Assembly (NCBI GenBank): GCA_036339465.1
Contig: JAYZAY010000069.1
Span: 1 to 20,240 of the forward strand
Direction: 5' to 3'
Source: Myxococcota bacterium
GTDB lineage: Bacteria > Myxococcota > XYA12-FULL-58-9 > JABJBS01
Length of the DNA: 20,240 nt
The notes under the pieces are model-generated. The model made no database searches, had not been told where the DNA came from, and saw only the letters and a program-made list of their open reading frames with translations. Below are positions 8,405 through 17,990 of the stretch, piece after piece; positions within the stretch are counted from its first letter, which is position 1, and the number at the start of each line of letters is the position of its first letter. Made by a program: the position numbers and the translations under genes.

Positions 8405-9267
8405 ACATATATCCCGTTCGTCTGGGTAAACACCACAAATCCAACCGTACTTTCCCTCTTACAACCAACGTTATTTAACAACTCAGTCCAAGAAACCGAC
8501 CATAAACTCATCGATCTTCTCCTCATTTCTACCACGACGAATCGGGTTGCCGGTGGGCTCACCCTAGAAACTGAAGACGACGAAAAAAAAGAGCAATCCC
8601 CTCATTTCCCCGCCCCAAAAAAAGGGCCCACAACCAACTTGAGAGCAATCTTTGTAAATTTCCCCTAACAACAAGCATAGGCGCTTTCCGAAAAGATGAG
8701 TGCGGAAATTCACTCGCTCTACCGCGCATCCAGCAAGGCCTGTATTCAATTGAGAAGTCAAGACGGAGAAAAATTGGCAAGGGTCCCACACGCGCGCGGC
8801 CAAAGCCAATTCGAAGCCGGCTCCACAAAGCCCCTTTTCCCAGCACCAAGAAATGGAGAACCTTCTCAGACGACATCAATCGTACAATATCCGAGACACT
8901 AAAAGTCCCTTGGTTCACGATACACACAAACCTAGGTGGCCATTCTCTTTTTCATCATTTTGCTCTCCACATTTATCTTCCCATGATTAAGGGATTTAGA
9001 CCGAAACACAATCACCAGTGCCACCACCTATAACCCCTCCCAAATGGGCGCCCAAAATGACGCAACCACCCCGTCAGCCTAGAAAGACCTCGGCTCGAAA
9101 AATTGGGATGATGAAATGAGGACCCGAGATGGACTCCTCCGCTGTGCCCCCACCGCGGCCTGGCTTTTCTGAATGGGGTACATTGATGTAAAACCTCGCC
9201 CCGCAAACTCCTTGGGAAAAGTCCAACAAATCAAGGCGCATTGTTCGAATCAAACGCACCCACTGAA

Positions 9268-11562
9268 TCAGGGATTCCAATCCGACTTACGAATGATGAG
9301 GCGCGTCTCTTTCTTCGCATTGATCTGCTGGTGCCTCCTGAAGGTTTTGCCACTCGCACAATTGATATGAAGGCTACATTTACCCGTGGGAACCTTCTTC
9401 CGAAAAAAGGGTGAATCGCCTATCACTCTGCCACCAACCTTGACCTCGCAGCCCGATTCACCAATGGTCATCACACTTAGAAAACCAGACGTGCCTTGGC
9501 AGCCAGACGTGGTTCCTCGCTCCCCTTGCCCCGGTTGTCGTTGTGTCGGACGAAAATGATGATACACCTTGGTTGTTTTGCCACCCTTCACCCGAACTTT
9601 CGTTGTATATTCCCCAATCCCCGGAGACACCAACCGTAACCCAATGACTTTATCTGCTTTCATCTTCGCTGATTCGACCGGCGTAATACCAAGCTCTACC
9701 CCATTCATAAACACCCGGGCCCCCGACGGTTCAGACTTAACCAAAATCTGTCCCCACACACCTTCGTCTGCCTCAAGAACCACGCGGACGGTCTTCAATT
9801 CACCCGCCTCTTTCAATTGAATGGCTTGTAATTTCGTCAAATAACCTGGGGCCGAGACTTCGACCAAGATTTTCTCACCCACAGGAAGGGCCAAAACGGT
9901 CACAGGTGCGCTACCCCGCACTTCGCCATTTAATCGCACCGTCGCCGACTCAGGCTCACTCACGACCAGCAAGCTGCCCTTTTCGAGCCCCTTCTGCTCA
10001 TCCAGACGTTCCAATTGGGCTTCAATTCTAAACCCTTGACCTTCTTCAATCCTAAATTCTTGTTCGTAAGGTTTATAACCCTCAGCCCGAATTCTGAGCC
10101 TGTGTCTTCCAGGCAGTACTGCCTTCAGTCGGACGGGACTTTCCTCTCCAATCCGCGTACCATCTAGAACAATCGATATTTCTTCGGTCGGTTCGGTCAC
10201 AATTTCCAGGCTTGTTTGGCGCGTTTGAAAAGCCCAATAGAGAGCCGATGCACAAACGACCATTGTGAACATAACCAATGCGGCTGGTTTCCAATTAAGA
10301 GACCCTTTCTCTACTTGTTCTTCAAAAGAGTCGAGCGCCTCTTCTTCTTCGGGTTGAATCGCTTCTTCCTTGCCAAAATCTACCGTCGGCGGGACTTTGC
10401 TTGCGCCCACAAGCCCATCCATACTACCAATTTGGGTCTTGTCCGCATCCTTACCAAAACCAAAACCCGATTCGAAAATCATGGTTTTCTCGCTATCGCC
10501 ATCGGGCATAGAGTCTACTTCTGGCACATGTCCGCCAGCGATGTCATTTTTCTCAGCGACAGGAGACATATTGTAATTCTGGAAAGATTCGAGTCTCTCC
10601 CGCTCCGCGGTCATTTCTTGCTCATACTCTAATTGCATGAACTGACTTAGCTTTTTCGAATTAAAAATAGAGCGTTCCTCAATCAGAAACATCTCCATTG
10701 CCTCACCTAACTCACCAACAGTTTGGTACCTCTCGTCGCGCTCCCCAGCAAGCGCCTTCATAATAACTCCCTCTAACTCCTCGGGCATATCTGGACAATA
10801 TTCCCGGGGAGTCGAGACCTCCGCATTACGGACCTTTTCCAGAATGGCAAAATCACTTGCTCCCATAAAGAGTCGTTCACCGGTGATCATCTCATAAAGC
10901 AAAATACCCACAGAAAAAATGTCTGCGCGATGATCTAGTTCGTGCCCCCGCACCTGCTCAGGAGACATGTAGCTAAATTTTCCCTTAAGGACCCCAGCTT
11001 GGGTTTTAGAGACTCGGTCCTCGGCCTTGGCTATCCCAAAATCGGTAATCTTAACCTCGCCACTGTAACCCACTAAAATATTCTGAGGGCTCACGTCTCG
11101 GTGAATCACATTCAGTGGCCTACCCTTGCCATCCTCTTTACTGTGGGCGTAATCCAATCCTTCACAAATCCGAATAATAATATAGGCCGCCACCGACAGA
11201 GGCAGTTTGCGTTCACTTCCGCGGAAATTGTCCAAGATCTGACGAAGGTCTCGGCCTGAAACATATTCCATCGCAATGTAATATTGTTCACGATACATAC
11301 CCAACTCGTAGATCTGAACAATATTTGGATGGTTCAGTTGCACCGCAATCCGTGCCTCATCAACAAACATATTGATGAACTCATCGTCTTCGGCCATATT
11401 TGGGAGAATGCGTTTGATGGCTAGGATTTTCTCAAACCCCTGTAATCCGAAGGATTTCGCCCGAAAAATTTCCGCCATTCCACCGACGTTAACCCGATCT
11501 AATAGGAGGTAATTACCAAACTTCACCGGCGTTGCGCCATATAAGGCCGACTGACTTGACAT
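9268..11562 (-). CDS. membrane-anchored Hanks-type Ser/Thr protein kinase with C-terminal PEGA domains
   Basis: GGMAEIF, AIK, EAR, HRDVSPQN, DFG, YMSPEQ and DIFSVG motifs. TM segment PAALVMFTMVVCASALYWAF. Three PEGA-like repeats (V.SEP.GA.V..NG...G.TP) plus a degenerate fourth. GAGGGG RBS 8 nt before the ATG. Confidence 0.95.
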   Translation of the reverse strand: MSSQSALYGATPVKFGNYLLLDRVNVGGMAEIFRAKSFGLQGFEKILAIKRILPNMAEDDEFINMFVDEARIAVQLNHPNIVQIYELGMYREQYYIAMEYVSGRDLRQILDNFRGSERKLPLSVAAYIIIRICEGLDYAHSKEDGKGRPLNVIHRDVSPQNILVGYSGEVKITDFGIAKAEDRVSKTQAGVLKGKFSYMSPEQVRGHELDHRADIFSVGILLYEMITGERLFMGASDFAILEKVRNAEVSTPREYCPDMPEELEGVIMKALAGERDERYQTVGELGEAMEMFLIEERSIFNSKKLSQFMQLEYEQEMTAERERLESFQNYNMSPVAEKNDIAGGHVPEVDSMPDGDSEKTMIFESGFGFGKDADKTQIGSMDGLVGASKVPPTVDFGKEEAIQPEEEEALDSFEEQVEKGSLNWKPAALVMFTMVVCASALYWAFQTRQTSLEIVTEPTEEISIVLDGTRIGEESPVRLKAVLPGRHRLRIRAEGYKPYEQEFRIEEGQGFRIEAQLERLDEQKGLEKGSLLVVSEPESATVRLNGEVRGSAPVTVLALPVGEKILVEVSAPGYLTKLQAIQLKEAGELKTVRVVLEADEGVWGQILVKSEPSGARVFMNGVELGITPVESAKMKADKVIGLRLVSPGIGEYTTKVRVKGGKTTKVYHHFRPTQRQPGQGERGTTSGCQGTSGFLSVMTIGESGCEVKVGGRVIGDSPFFRKKVPTGKCSLHINCASGKTFRRHQQINAKKETRLIIRKSDWNP

Positions 11563-11583
11563 TGTTTTTACCCCTCAATGAGC

Positions 11584-11612
11584 AACATACCCTGCCATCT
11601 CAAATTTCGCAA
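11584..11612 (-). promoter_or_regulatory. putative sigma70 promoter for the kinase
   Basis: Minus strand TTGCGA (11612-11607), 17-nt spacer, TATGTT (11589-11584), just upstream of the GAGGGG RBS. Confidence 0.5.
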
Positions 11613-12113
11613 AACTTCGCCTCCTAACGGTCCAACCACGGGAAAATTTGTGTATCTCAGACACTGACAATTCGGCCCAGGCCCCATCCCCCCCCCTTCG
11701 TTCTTCCTACGACGCCGCCCCGTAAATGGCCCAAATGTAGACAAACAGTGACTCAAGTGAGCCGTTTAGGCTTGAATCAGGCTAGCGTGATCACAAAAAA
11801 GGCGGCTTTGATGGTGGACGATTCAGCCCTCCATGGACCAATGGTAAAATAAGGCCGTTACGCCCTTGATTTACTCAAAGGCAACCTCAAGATTCAGTGG
11901 GAGGTACTCGATACCCAGTTCCCAAATATGGGTGGTCCAAGCCTCTTCCGAATACAGCAAATTCGATTGGAACACCTACTCCGCCCCACCACGAAAACAC
12001 CAAGCACAGCAAAAGAGAAAGAAATATGGCAAGACGGCATGACAAAGAGACACTATGACAAAGAAACGATTCATTCAGACAGCCGACGTGCTTTCACCGA
12101 CGCCGTCCCCCCT

Positions 12114-13142
12114 TTATTCACTCAGGTCTAACTCTTCCTTACGCCCAACCAATCGTTGATAAACACTTAAACCATGAGGGATCTTGGTATCATGCAATAA
12201 AACAGAAGACTCCACACGTCCTTGGGCTCCCACGGAAACACCGTTCTGCAAGATTGCATAGGGCCCAACCACGGCATCCTTACCAATCTTCACCGAATTA
12301 CCAACCAACACCGGGGGAATTAACCGTGAATCCGGTCCTAAATCGACATCTTCTCCCAAACGAATAACGTCGGCAACTTGCTTAGACGGACTCAGTGAAT
12401 AATCTTCGAGCAAGTCTAGATAACTCAAAGTGAGCTCCCGTGCCAAAACGGCCCGATTCACACTCCAATATAAGGGAGGAGTCCCCGCGTCATACCAGCC
12501 ACCCTCTAACTCAAAACCACACAAAGTTTTACCGTCAGCTAGGGCTTTTTTATATGCGTACCGAACAATACAAGTTTCCACATCCGGCGGGATAAACTCC
12601 ATAAATTCTGGTTCTAGAATTTGACAACCAGTAAAGTGCATAGCTCTTAGAGTACTTTCACTTTCACCCGTGCCCAATATTCTGCGAATACGGCTTTCCT
12701 CATCAATCTCAATTTTACCATAATCGGCATCCCGTGCCGGACATCGCAAGACCATTGTCCCTAAAGCCGATGATGCTTTGTGGGAATCAATCGCCGCCTG
12801 TAAGTCGAAATCAAAGAGAATATCACTGTTCATCACCACGAAAGTTTCATCGCGTAGAAAATTTGATTGTTTCTTTAAAGCGCCGCCGGTGCCAAGAATT
12901 TCGTCTTCAAAACTGTAAGATAAATTCACCCCAAACTCAGTTCCGTCTCCCAAATATTTTTCAATGGAATGACCCAAGTGGTGTAAATTGATAACGATAT
13001 CGACAATACCATGTTTCTTTAGAAAAGAGATGGCGCACACAATAAGCGGGCAGCCACCAATGGGGAACATTGGCTTCGGTAAACTTTCGGTAACAGGCAA
13101 AAACCTTTTACCAAATCCCGCTGCAAGAATAAAACCTTTCAC
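12114..13142 (-). CDS. NDP-sugar pyrophosphorylase/nucleotidyltransferase (mannose-1-P guanylyltransferase/MurU-like) with C-terminal left-handed beta-helix
   Basis: GFILAAGFGKRFLPVT...PKPM signature, E..ILGTGG, NSD, GGWYDAGTP and hexapeptide repeats (VLVGNSVKIGKDAVVGPYAIL). GTG start. Substrate cannot be determined. Confidence 0.9.
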   Translation of the reverse strand: MKGFILAAGFGKRFLPVTESLPKPMFPIGGCPLIVCAISFLKKHGIVDIVINLHHLGHSIEKYLGDGTEFGVNLSYSFEDEILGTGGALKKQSNFLRDETFVVMNSDILFDFDLQAAIDSHKASSALGTMVLRCPARDADYGKIEIDEESRIRRILGTGESESTLRAMHFTGCQILEPEFMEFIPPDVETCIVRYAYKKALADGKTLCGFELEGGWYDAGTPPLYWSVNRAVLARELTLSYLDLLEDYSLSPSKQVADVIRLGEDVDLGPDSRLIPPVLVGNSVKIGKDAVVGPYAILQNGVSVGAQGRVESSVLLHDTKIPHGLSVYQRLVGRKEELDLSE

Positions 13143-13226
13143 AGGTCATTAATAACACTGAGAAAACAAAAGCACCAGACAACGAAACAAATATAACTCT
13201 CAAGTACCAAAGCAAGCAAGCACGCC

Positions 13227-16200
13227 CTAGCGAGGAGCGTCATAATAAAAACCAACCATTCGCCGTCCAACCAGATCCTCAGAGGAACGGACCACGACCA
13301 ACACATGATTGGTTCCCGGTTCCAACATAATTTCCGGGTTCAATTCAAGGGTTGACTCCTCGAAATTCGAAGCTTTCGTTTTAGTCTCAACTGCCTGATA
13401 AAACACCTTTTTATCATTTACAAAGATATACAAATCCCGAAGACCGCCCCGGTATTTAACCGTAAGAGGCATATTCAACCGCCCCACTTTCGTCACGGTT
13501 TCCGCCACATTCACATGAACAACGGGAGGCCGGCGATTGGGTTTTTTCAGGAATTTCAACTTTTGACGACGCGCATTCTTCGCCCGGGTCATTGCCATGG
13601 AATCCACAAAACCAACGCCGAATTTTGGAGTCTTGAAACGTATCCACCGCTGCCCGAAAGTGGCGTTCCCCACCAAAATTGACTGCGGCTCCAGATAACC
13701 AAGGATGGGCATCTTCTCATCGGCACCTGCATAAACATTCAAGGCCTGCTTCTCCACTTCCAAGGCTTTTCCTGTCTTACCTTCAGCCAACACACCAAGC
13801 ACAGGCAACTCGATAACATCGCTTAAGGATACACCCAATTCATTGTCCCAAATAGACAACCGTAGCTTCACAGTATCTTTGTCCGGTTTTGACCGAATCG
13901 AAAAATGCAACCGGCTCACCTTACTAGACAATTTATTAAATTCACCAAGCTGCTGGCGTCCCACATCAAGGAAAAGACTCTGACCACTCAGATTCTTGAG
14001 AGCAAGCATAGCCTCCGGTGCATCTCCAAGCCCTTCGTTGGCGACGTTGATCACAAAATCAACTTCCTCACCGACCTGTAAAACCCCATCACCATTGCCA
14101 CCTTTGGTGTCATCCAACCGAAATTGGTAGGCAAAAACTGGACGGGCTTTTGGATTGACCTTGAGCAGTCTTTCCGTGACAACAGGCTCGGCCAACTCCA
14201 TGCCTATTCCAAGTTGTAACTCGATATTGTCCGCACGACGGCTTAGGCCTTTCGGAATCTTCACCGTGCTAGACCAACTTTTTTGTCCACCTGCCTTGAT
14301 GTAACCAAAGGGAAATTCAAGGCTTCGGAAAAACGGATTCTCAGAGTTGGTCACCCCAAAGAGTCGATGAATCTCCGAGCTACCCCGATTCGTCACTCTC
14401 GCGACAATCTTCACTTCATCGCCACATTGACATTCAGCCGCATCCTTTTTGCCTCCGCATTCCACCTGTAAAGTTGCCTCCACGTTGGTCAGCGCCGCCC
14501 TCAATCCTTCGTTTTCCCTATTCTTACTCCAATCGACGCCCAACTTCTTCATCGCGAAAGCAATCTGCGCCTCCTCTTTATCTTGAACTTTAGCCATCAA
14601 TGCTTGCGCCTGCTTTAGGATCTCGGAACGTTTTGTAACTTTGGTCTCTGCCAAAATCTGATGCGCAAGTTCGATCTCAAAATCAGACATGAATTCATCC
14701 ATACCGGTTTCCTCTTCCGGCTTCTTTTCAGTTTCTTCATGCATTAGGTGGACGATACGTCGACGGGTCATTTTCAGAGATTGAGCCGACGCAGGATGCC
14801 GGATCAAATGTTGCTGTAAGTCTTTTTCCCGCGGAGTTTCATTATTCCAAAATAGATTCACAGTCTCATCGGAGACTGTCGTCAACCAGACTTCGATATC
14901 AGGCTCAATACCCACAGACTGGATCGAGACATCACCGGGGGTCAGATATTGCGCAATGGTCAACTTCAAAGCCGAATCGTCTTTAAAATCATAGAGAACT
15001 TGAACAGATCCCTTACCGAAAGTTTGTTGGCCAAGCACTATTCCGCGATTCTGGTTCTTAATGGCGCCTGCAACAATTTCAGATGCCGAGGCACTCCCGG
15101 CATTCACCAACACAACCACTGGATAACCAGTTTCAGTCCCTGAAAAGTGGGCGGATTTAACCTCACGGGTTCGATTTCCTTCACCCACCGTAATGACCAA
15201 TGCCCCCTCCTCGATGAAACGGTCGGAAATGAGTATTGCCTGATCCAAGAGCCCACCTGGATTATTCCTTAAGTCCAGTACGAGCCCTTTTAATTGTTTC
15301 TTGTTCTCAGACTTCAACGCTTTGAGGTGCGTATCTAAATCGTCATAGGTATTGCCCTGAAAATTCTTGATTTTGATATACCCAACCCCTTTAGCCATCA
15401 ATTTGCTGGTGACACTCTGAATCTTAATGATGGCCCGAACCAATCGGAATTTTTTGGATTCGTTCCAACCTTTTCGTTGGATCCATATATCGACAGCAGT
15501 TCCTGGCTTCCCCCTTAAACGGGACACGGCTTCTTCCAATCCCATATTGATGGTCGACTCTTCACCGATCTTCACAATCTGATCCCGAGCCTTCAGCCCT
15601 TCCCGAGCCGCGGGAGTTCCACTGATGGGTGAAACAACCGTAAGCGCACCGTCCCGTATCGAGATAACAATTCCCAATCCCCCAAATTCGCCGCGGGTTG
15701 ACAACTTCACTTCGTCGAAATTTTCAGGCCTCAACAGCACCGAGTGAGGGTCCAAAGTCCGCAACATGCCGTTAATTGCAGCGTATTCGATGTCCCGCTG
15801 GCGATCAGCTTCCTCGATCTCGCTCTGCAAAAAACGAAAAATCTGCTGCAGCGCCATCGTGATTTCCCAGAGTTGGTCGATCTTCTCAAGCTTAAACTCC
15901 CTCGACACCGCACCCACTCGAACAATTATCTGGCTACCCGTATCCACCCCTTCCACGATGACTTCGGGGATCGTCTTTTCGATCTGGTTAAGTGCCGCTT
16001 TAAACATCTCGTCAGGTTTAACCCTTAAGGGGTCGACGTATTTTTCCCGAATCAACACGATAACCCGACTCAGCGTTTGGTGTGCCGTGAGATCATACTC
16101 ACTACCAAAGGCCCCTTGAACCGCGGTTGAAAGGAGATTCCGAGAAGCGACAGTAGGCTCCGCCGTGACAGACCCCACCGGTAACTCTGTTTGTGAAACA

Positions 16201-16268
16201 AATAAACTAACGAGTGCAATTGCACCTGAACTTATAATCATAGCCATAGCGATTTTTCTTCGTGCCAA
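13227..16268 (-). CDS. carboxyl-terminal processing peptidase S41 (CtpA/Prc-like, long myxobacterial MXAN_5808-like type)
   Basis: N-terminal hydrophobic anchor, LDPHS, PDZ (GEFGGLGIVI...GTPA...GLK.RD), DLRNNPGGLL, catalytic ASASEI and TFGKGSVQ, and GIEPD. About 500 aa of C-terminal extension follow. TTG start with GGAGAG upstream. Confidence 0.93.
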   Translation of the reverse strand: MARRKIAMAMIISSGAIALVSLFVSQTELPVGSVTAEPTVASRNLLSTAVQGAFGSEYDLTAHQTLSRVIVLIREKYVDPLRVKPDEMFKAALNQIEKTIPEVIVEGVDTGSQIIVRVGAVSREFKLEKIDQLWEITMALQQIFRFLQSEIEEADRQRDIEYAAINGMLRTLDPHSVLLRPENFDEVKLSTRGEFGGLGIVISIRDGALTVVSPISGTPAAREGLKARDQIVKIGEESTINMGLEEAVSRLRGKPGTAVDIWIQRKGWNESKKFRLVRAIIKIQSVTSKLMAKGVGYIKIKNFQGNTYDDLDTHLKALKSENKKQLKGLVLDLRNNPGGLLDQAILISDRFIEEGALVITVGEGNRTREVKSAHFSGTETGYPVVVLVNAGSASASEIVAGAIKNQNRGIVLGQQTFGKGSVQVLYDFKDDSALKLTIAQYLTPGDVSIQSVGIEPDIEVWLTTVSDETVNLFWNNETPREKDLQQHLIRHPASAQSLKMTRRRIVHLMHEETEKKPEEETGMDEFMSDFEIELAHQILAETKVTKRSEILKQAQALMAKVQDKEEAQIAFAMKKLGVDWSKNRENEGLRAALTNVEATLQVECGGKKDAAECQCGDEVKIVARVTNRGSSEIHRLFGVTNSENPFFRSLEFPFGYIKAGGQKSWSSTVKIPKGLSRRADNIELQLGIGMELAEPVVTERLLKVNPKARPVFAYQFRLDDTKGGNGDGVLQVGEEVDFVINVANEGLGDAPEAMLALKNLSGQSLFLDVGRQQLGEFNKLSSKVSRLHFSIRSKPDKDTVKLRLSIWDNELGVSLSDVIELPVLGVLAEGKTGKALEVEKQALNVYAGADEKMPILGYLEPQSILVGNATFGQRWIRFKTPKFGVGFVDSMAMTRAKNARRQKLKFLKKPNRRPPVVHVNVAETVTKVGRLNMPLTVKYRGGLRDLYIFVNDKKVFYQAVETKTKASNFEESTLELNPEIMLEPGTNHVLVVVRSSEDLVGRRMVGFYYDAPR

Positions 16269-16551
16269 GATTTATCTCTCCAACGAGCGGGCCGTCCAAC
16301 AGCCTCGATGCAGACCAAATCTTTAATACCGATTAAGGTCTGCAAGCAAATGAACGTCGTCACCAGTCACTTCCAACTCATTTTTTTTGGGGAACTATGT
16401 CCCACTACCCGTATGCATTGAACATCTCTCCATCATAAAAAGCGCATACACAGACACTTACTTATCCACTAAACTGCTCAAGGTCGAGAATGTCGTGGTT
16501 TTTATACGGCAACTCTTTTCCTTTGTAGACGAACCCGATAGATCGATACCC

Positions 16552-17514
16552 ATGATTCGAGCGATATATAATAATCAAAGCAGCCTGGTGAATAATATTG
16601 TTTTAACAGCGGTTTTATTCACTGCCACAACTGCGTCTGGGCAAGACGATCCACAAAAAAAAGAGTATTTAAATCCAAGTCTTCGCCAAAATGGAATACC
16701 CACCACCAACGTCCAAGGAACCCATCTGCAACCGTTTTTTTACGACAATCAGAAGCTGCACAACGTCTTCGAGGCATACGAATACGAAGCCACCATCGAA
16801 TATTCTTGGGAAACCGGTGGAATGTCCAAATCTGGCAAGAGTCAATTTACAGTCGAAAGTGATAGCACAACCCGACAAACAAGGATCCGCCTGAAAAACC
16901 AAGATCGAGAAATTGAACTCTTTAGAGACGACAAATTCACCCTGCTACGCCACAACGACGGTCATTGGAGACAGGTAAGAATGACGGGGCAAGAACTTGA
17001 GCGCTGGTATATCACCGCCCTAAGTGCCCCCCGCCAAGCCATCGACCCCTCTCTTCACAGGCTGGCGCTAACGGCAAGTCAAAACGCCAAGTTTGGGGGC
17101 CAAGACGTGACTCGCTTTAAACTCGTCGTCCCGAATTCCAAAGCCGGGCGAGCCAAAAGACCTAATAAAGAGAACAAATACCTCAACCATAACATTGTAG
17201 TATCACGCCCGGCCGCCCCATGGAGAATTGACGGCCAAGTCGAAAACCTTGAGGGCAGTGCCTGGATAGATACTGTGGGAGAACTCCTCCTCGGACTCGA
17301 AATAAACTACACCCTGGTGGTAGACAGCGACAAACCTCAGAAACTCAACGTAAAGCTAAAGTCTCGTATACGCTCCACAACCCAAGTCGAGAAACCTCTC
17401 CTCAAACGCAAACCCATAGCCGAAATCCAACGAAAAAAACCGAGGACTGATCCAATCGCTTTCTTCCGTAAACGGCTGCAAGAGATTGAAGCGACCCAAA
17501 TGTCAAAGAAATAG
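16552..17514 (+). CDS. hypothetical secreted protein, about 320 aa
   Basis: Long open frame. ATG 16552 (or GTG 16588) gives a signal-peptide-like N-terminus (NIVLTAVLFTATTASG|Q). The body is beta-strand rich with a basic C-terminal tail. No family recognised. Confidence 0.7.
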   Translation: MIRAIYNNQSSLVNNIVLTAVLFTATTASGQDDPQKKEYLNPSLRQNGIPTTNVQGTHLQPFFYDNQKLHNVFEAYEYEATIEYSWETGGMSKSGKSQFTVESDSTTRQTRIRLKNQDREIELFRDDKFTLLRHNDGHWRQVRMTGQELERWYITALSAPRQAIDPSLHRLALTASQNAKFGGQDVTRFKLVVPNSKAGRAKRPNKENKYLNHNIVVSRPAAPWRIDGQVENLEGSAWIDTVGELLLGLEINYTLVVDSDKPQKLNVKLKSRIRSTTQVEKPLLKRKPIAEIQRKKPRTDPIAFFRKRLQEIEATQMSKK

Positions 17515-17596
17515 GCTACTTAAGCGAAAACTCCTTCTCCGCTAACCGTCGAATAGGGTTTACAACCGCCCCCATCACAGCTATTGCGCGATCGAA

Positions 17597-17986
17597 ATGG
17601 TAGCAAGCATATTAAATACAGAAGAATTAGCGGAAATCATCACGCAAGAAATCCTCAACAAAAAAGCGCTTGATATAGCGGTTTTAGACGTCCGGGGAAT
17701 TTCAAGCTACGCGGATTATCTGATTGTGGCCAGTGCCACCAGTGACCGGCACCTACAGGCTTTAGCTGAAGCGCCATTACAGCGCCTTAAACACGACCAC
17801 CATAAAGCACCCCAAGGTATCGAGGGAGTCACAGGTGGGCAGTGGGCTTTGGTTGACTACGGCGATGTCATCCTCCACGTTTTTCATGAATATTATCGAG
17901 ACGTGTATCAGCTTGAAGCCCTTTGGTCCCAAGCGAAAATTACCCGAATTGAAGATGATTCGACTGCGCCAGTCTCAGTGGGTTGA
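17597..17986 (+). CDS. rsfS: ribosome silencing factor RsfS (Iojap)
   Basis: KKALDIAVLDV...ADYLIVASATSDRH...EG...WALVDYGDVILHVF...RDVYQLEALW. Directly upstream of rlmH, as is typical. Confidence 0.96.
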   Translation: MVASILNTEELAEIITQEILNKKALDIAVLDVRGISSYADYLIVASATSDRHLQALAEAPLQRLKHDHHKAPQGIEGVTGGQWALVDYGDVILHVFHEYYRDVYQLEALWSQAKITRIEDDSTAPVSVG

Positions 17987-17990
17987 CCTC

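Noticed and set aside
8294..9370. Short ORFs (64-124 aa) in the acylase-kinase gap
   Set aside because: They overlap each other, have atypical composition, and show no recognisable domain. Not supportable as CDS.
16387..16551. TTG start for the hypothetical protein
   Set aside because: It would bury the signal-like segment 55 or more residues inside the protein, and there is no RBS.
17835..17990. N-terminal extension of RlmH overlapping rsfS
   Set aside because: GTG 17991 gives a normal-length RlmH. The extension is an alternative frame of rsfS.
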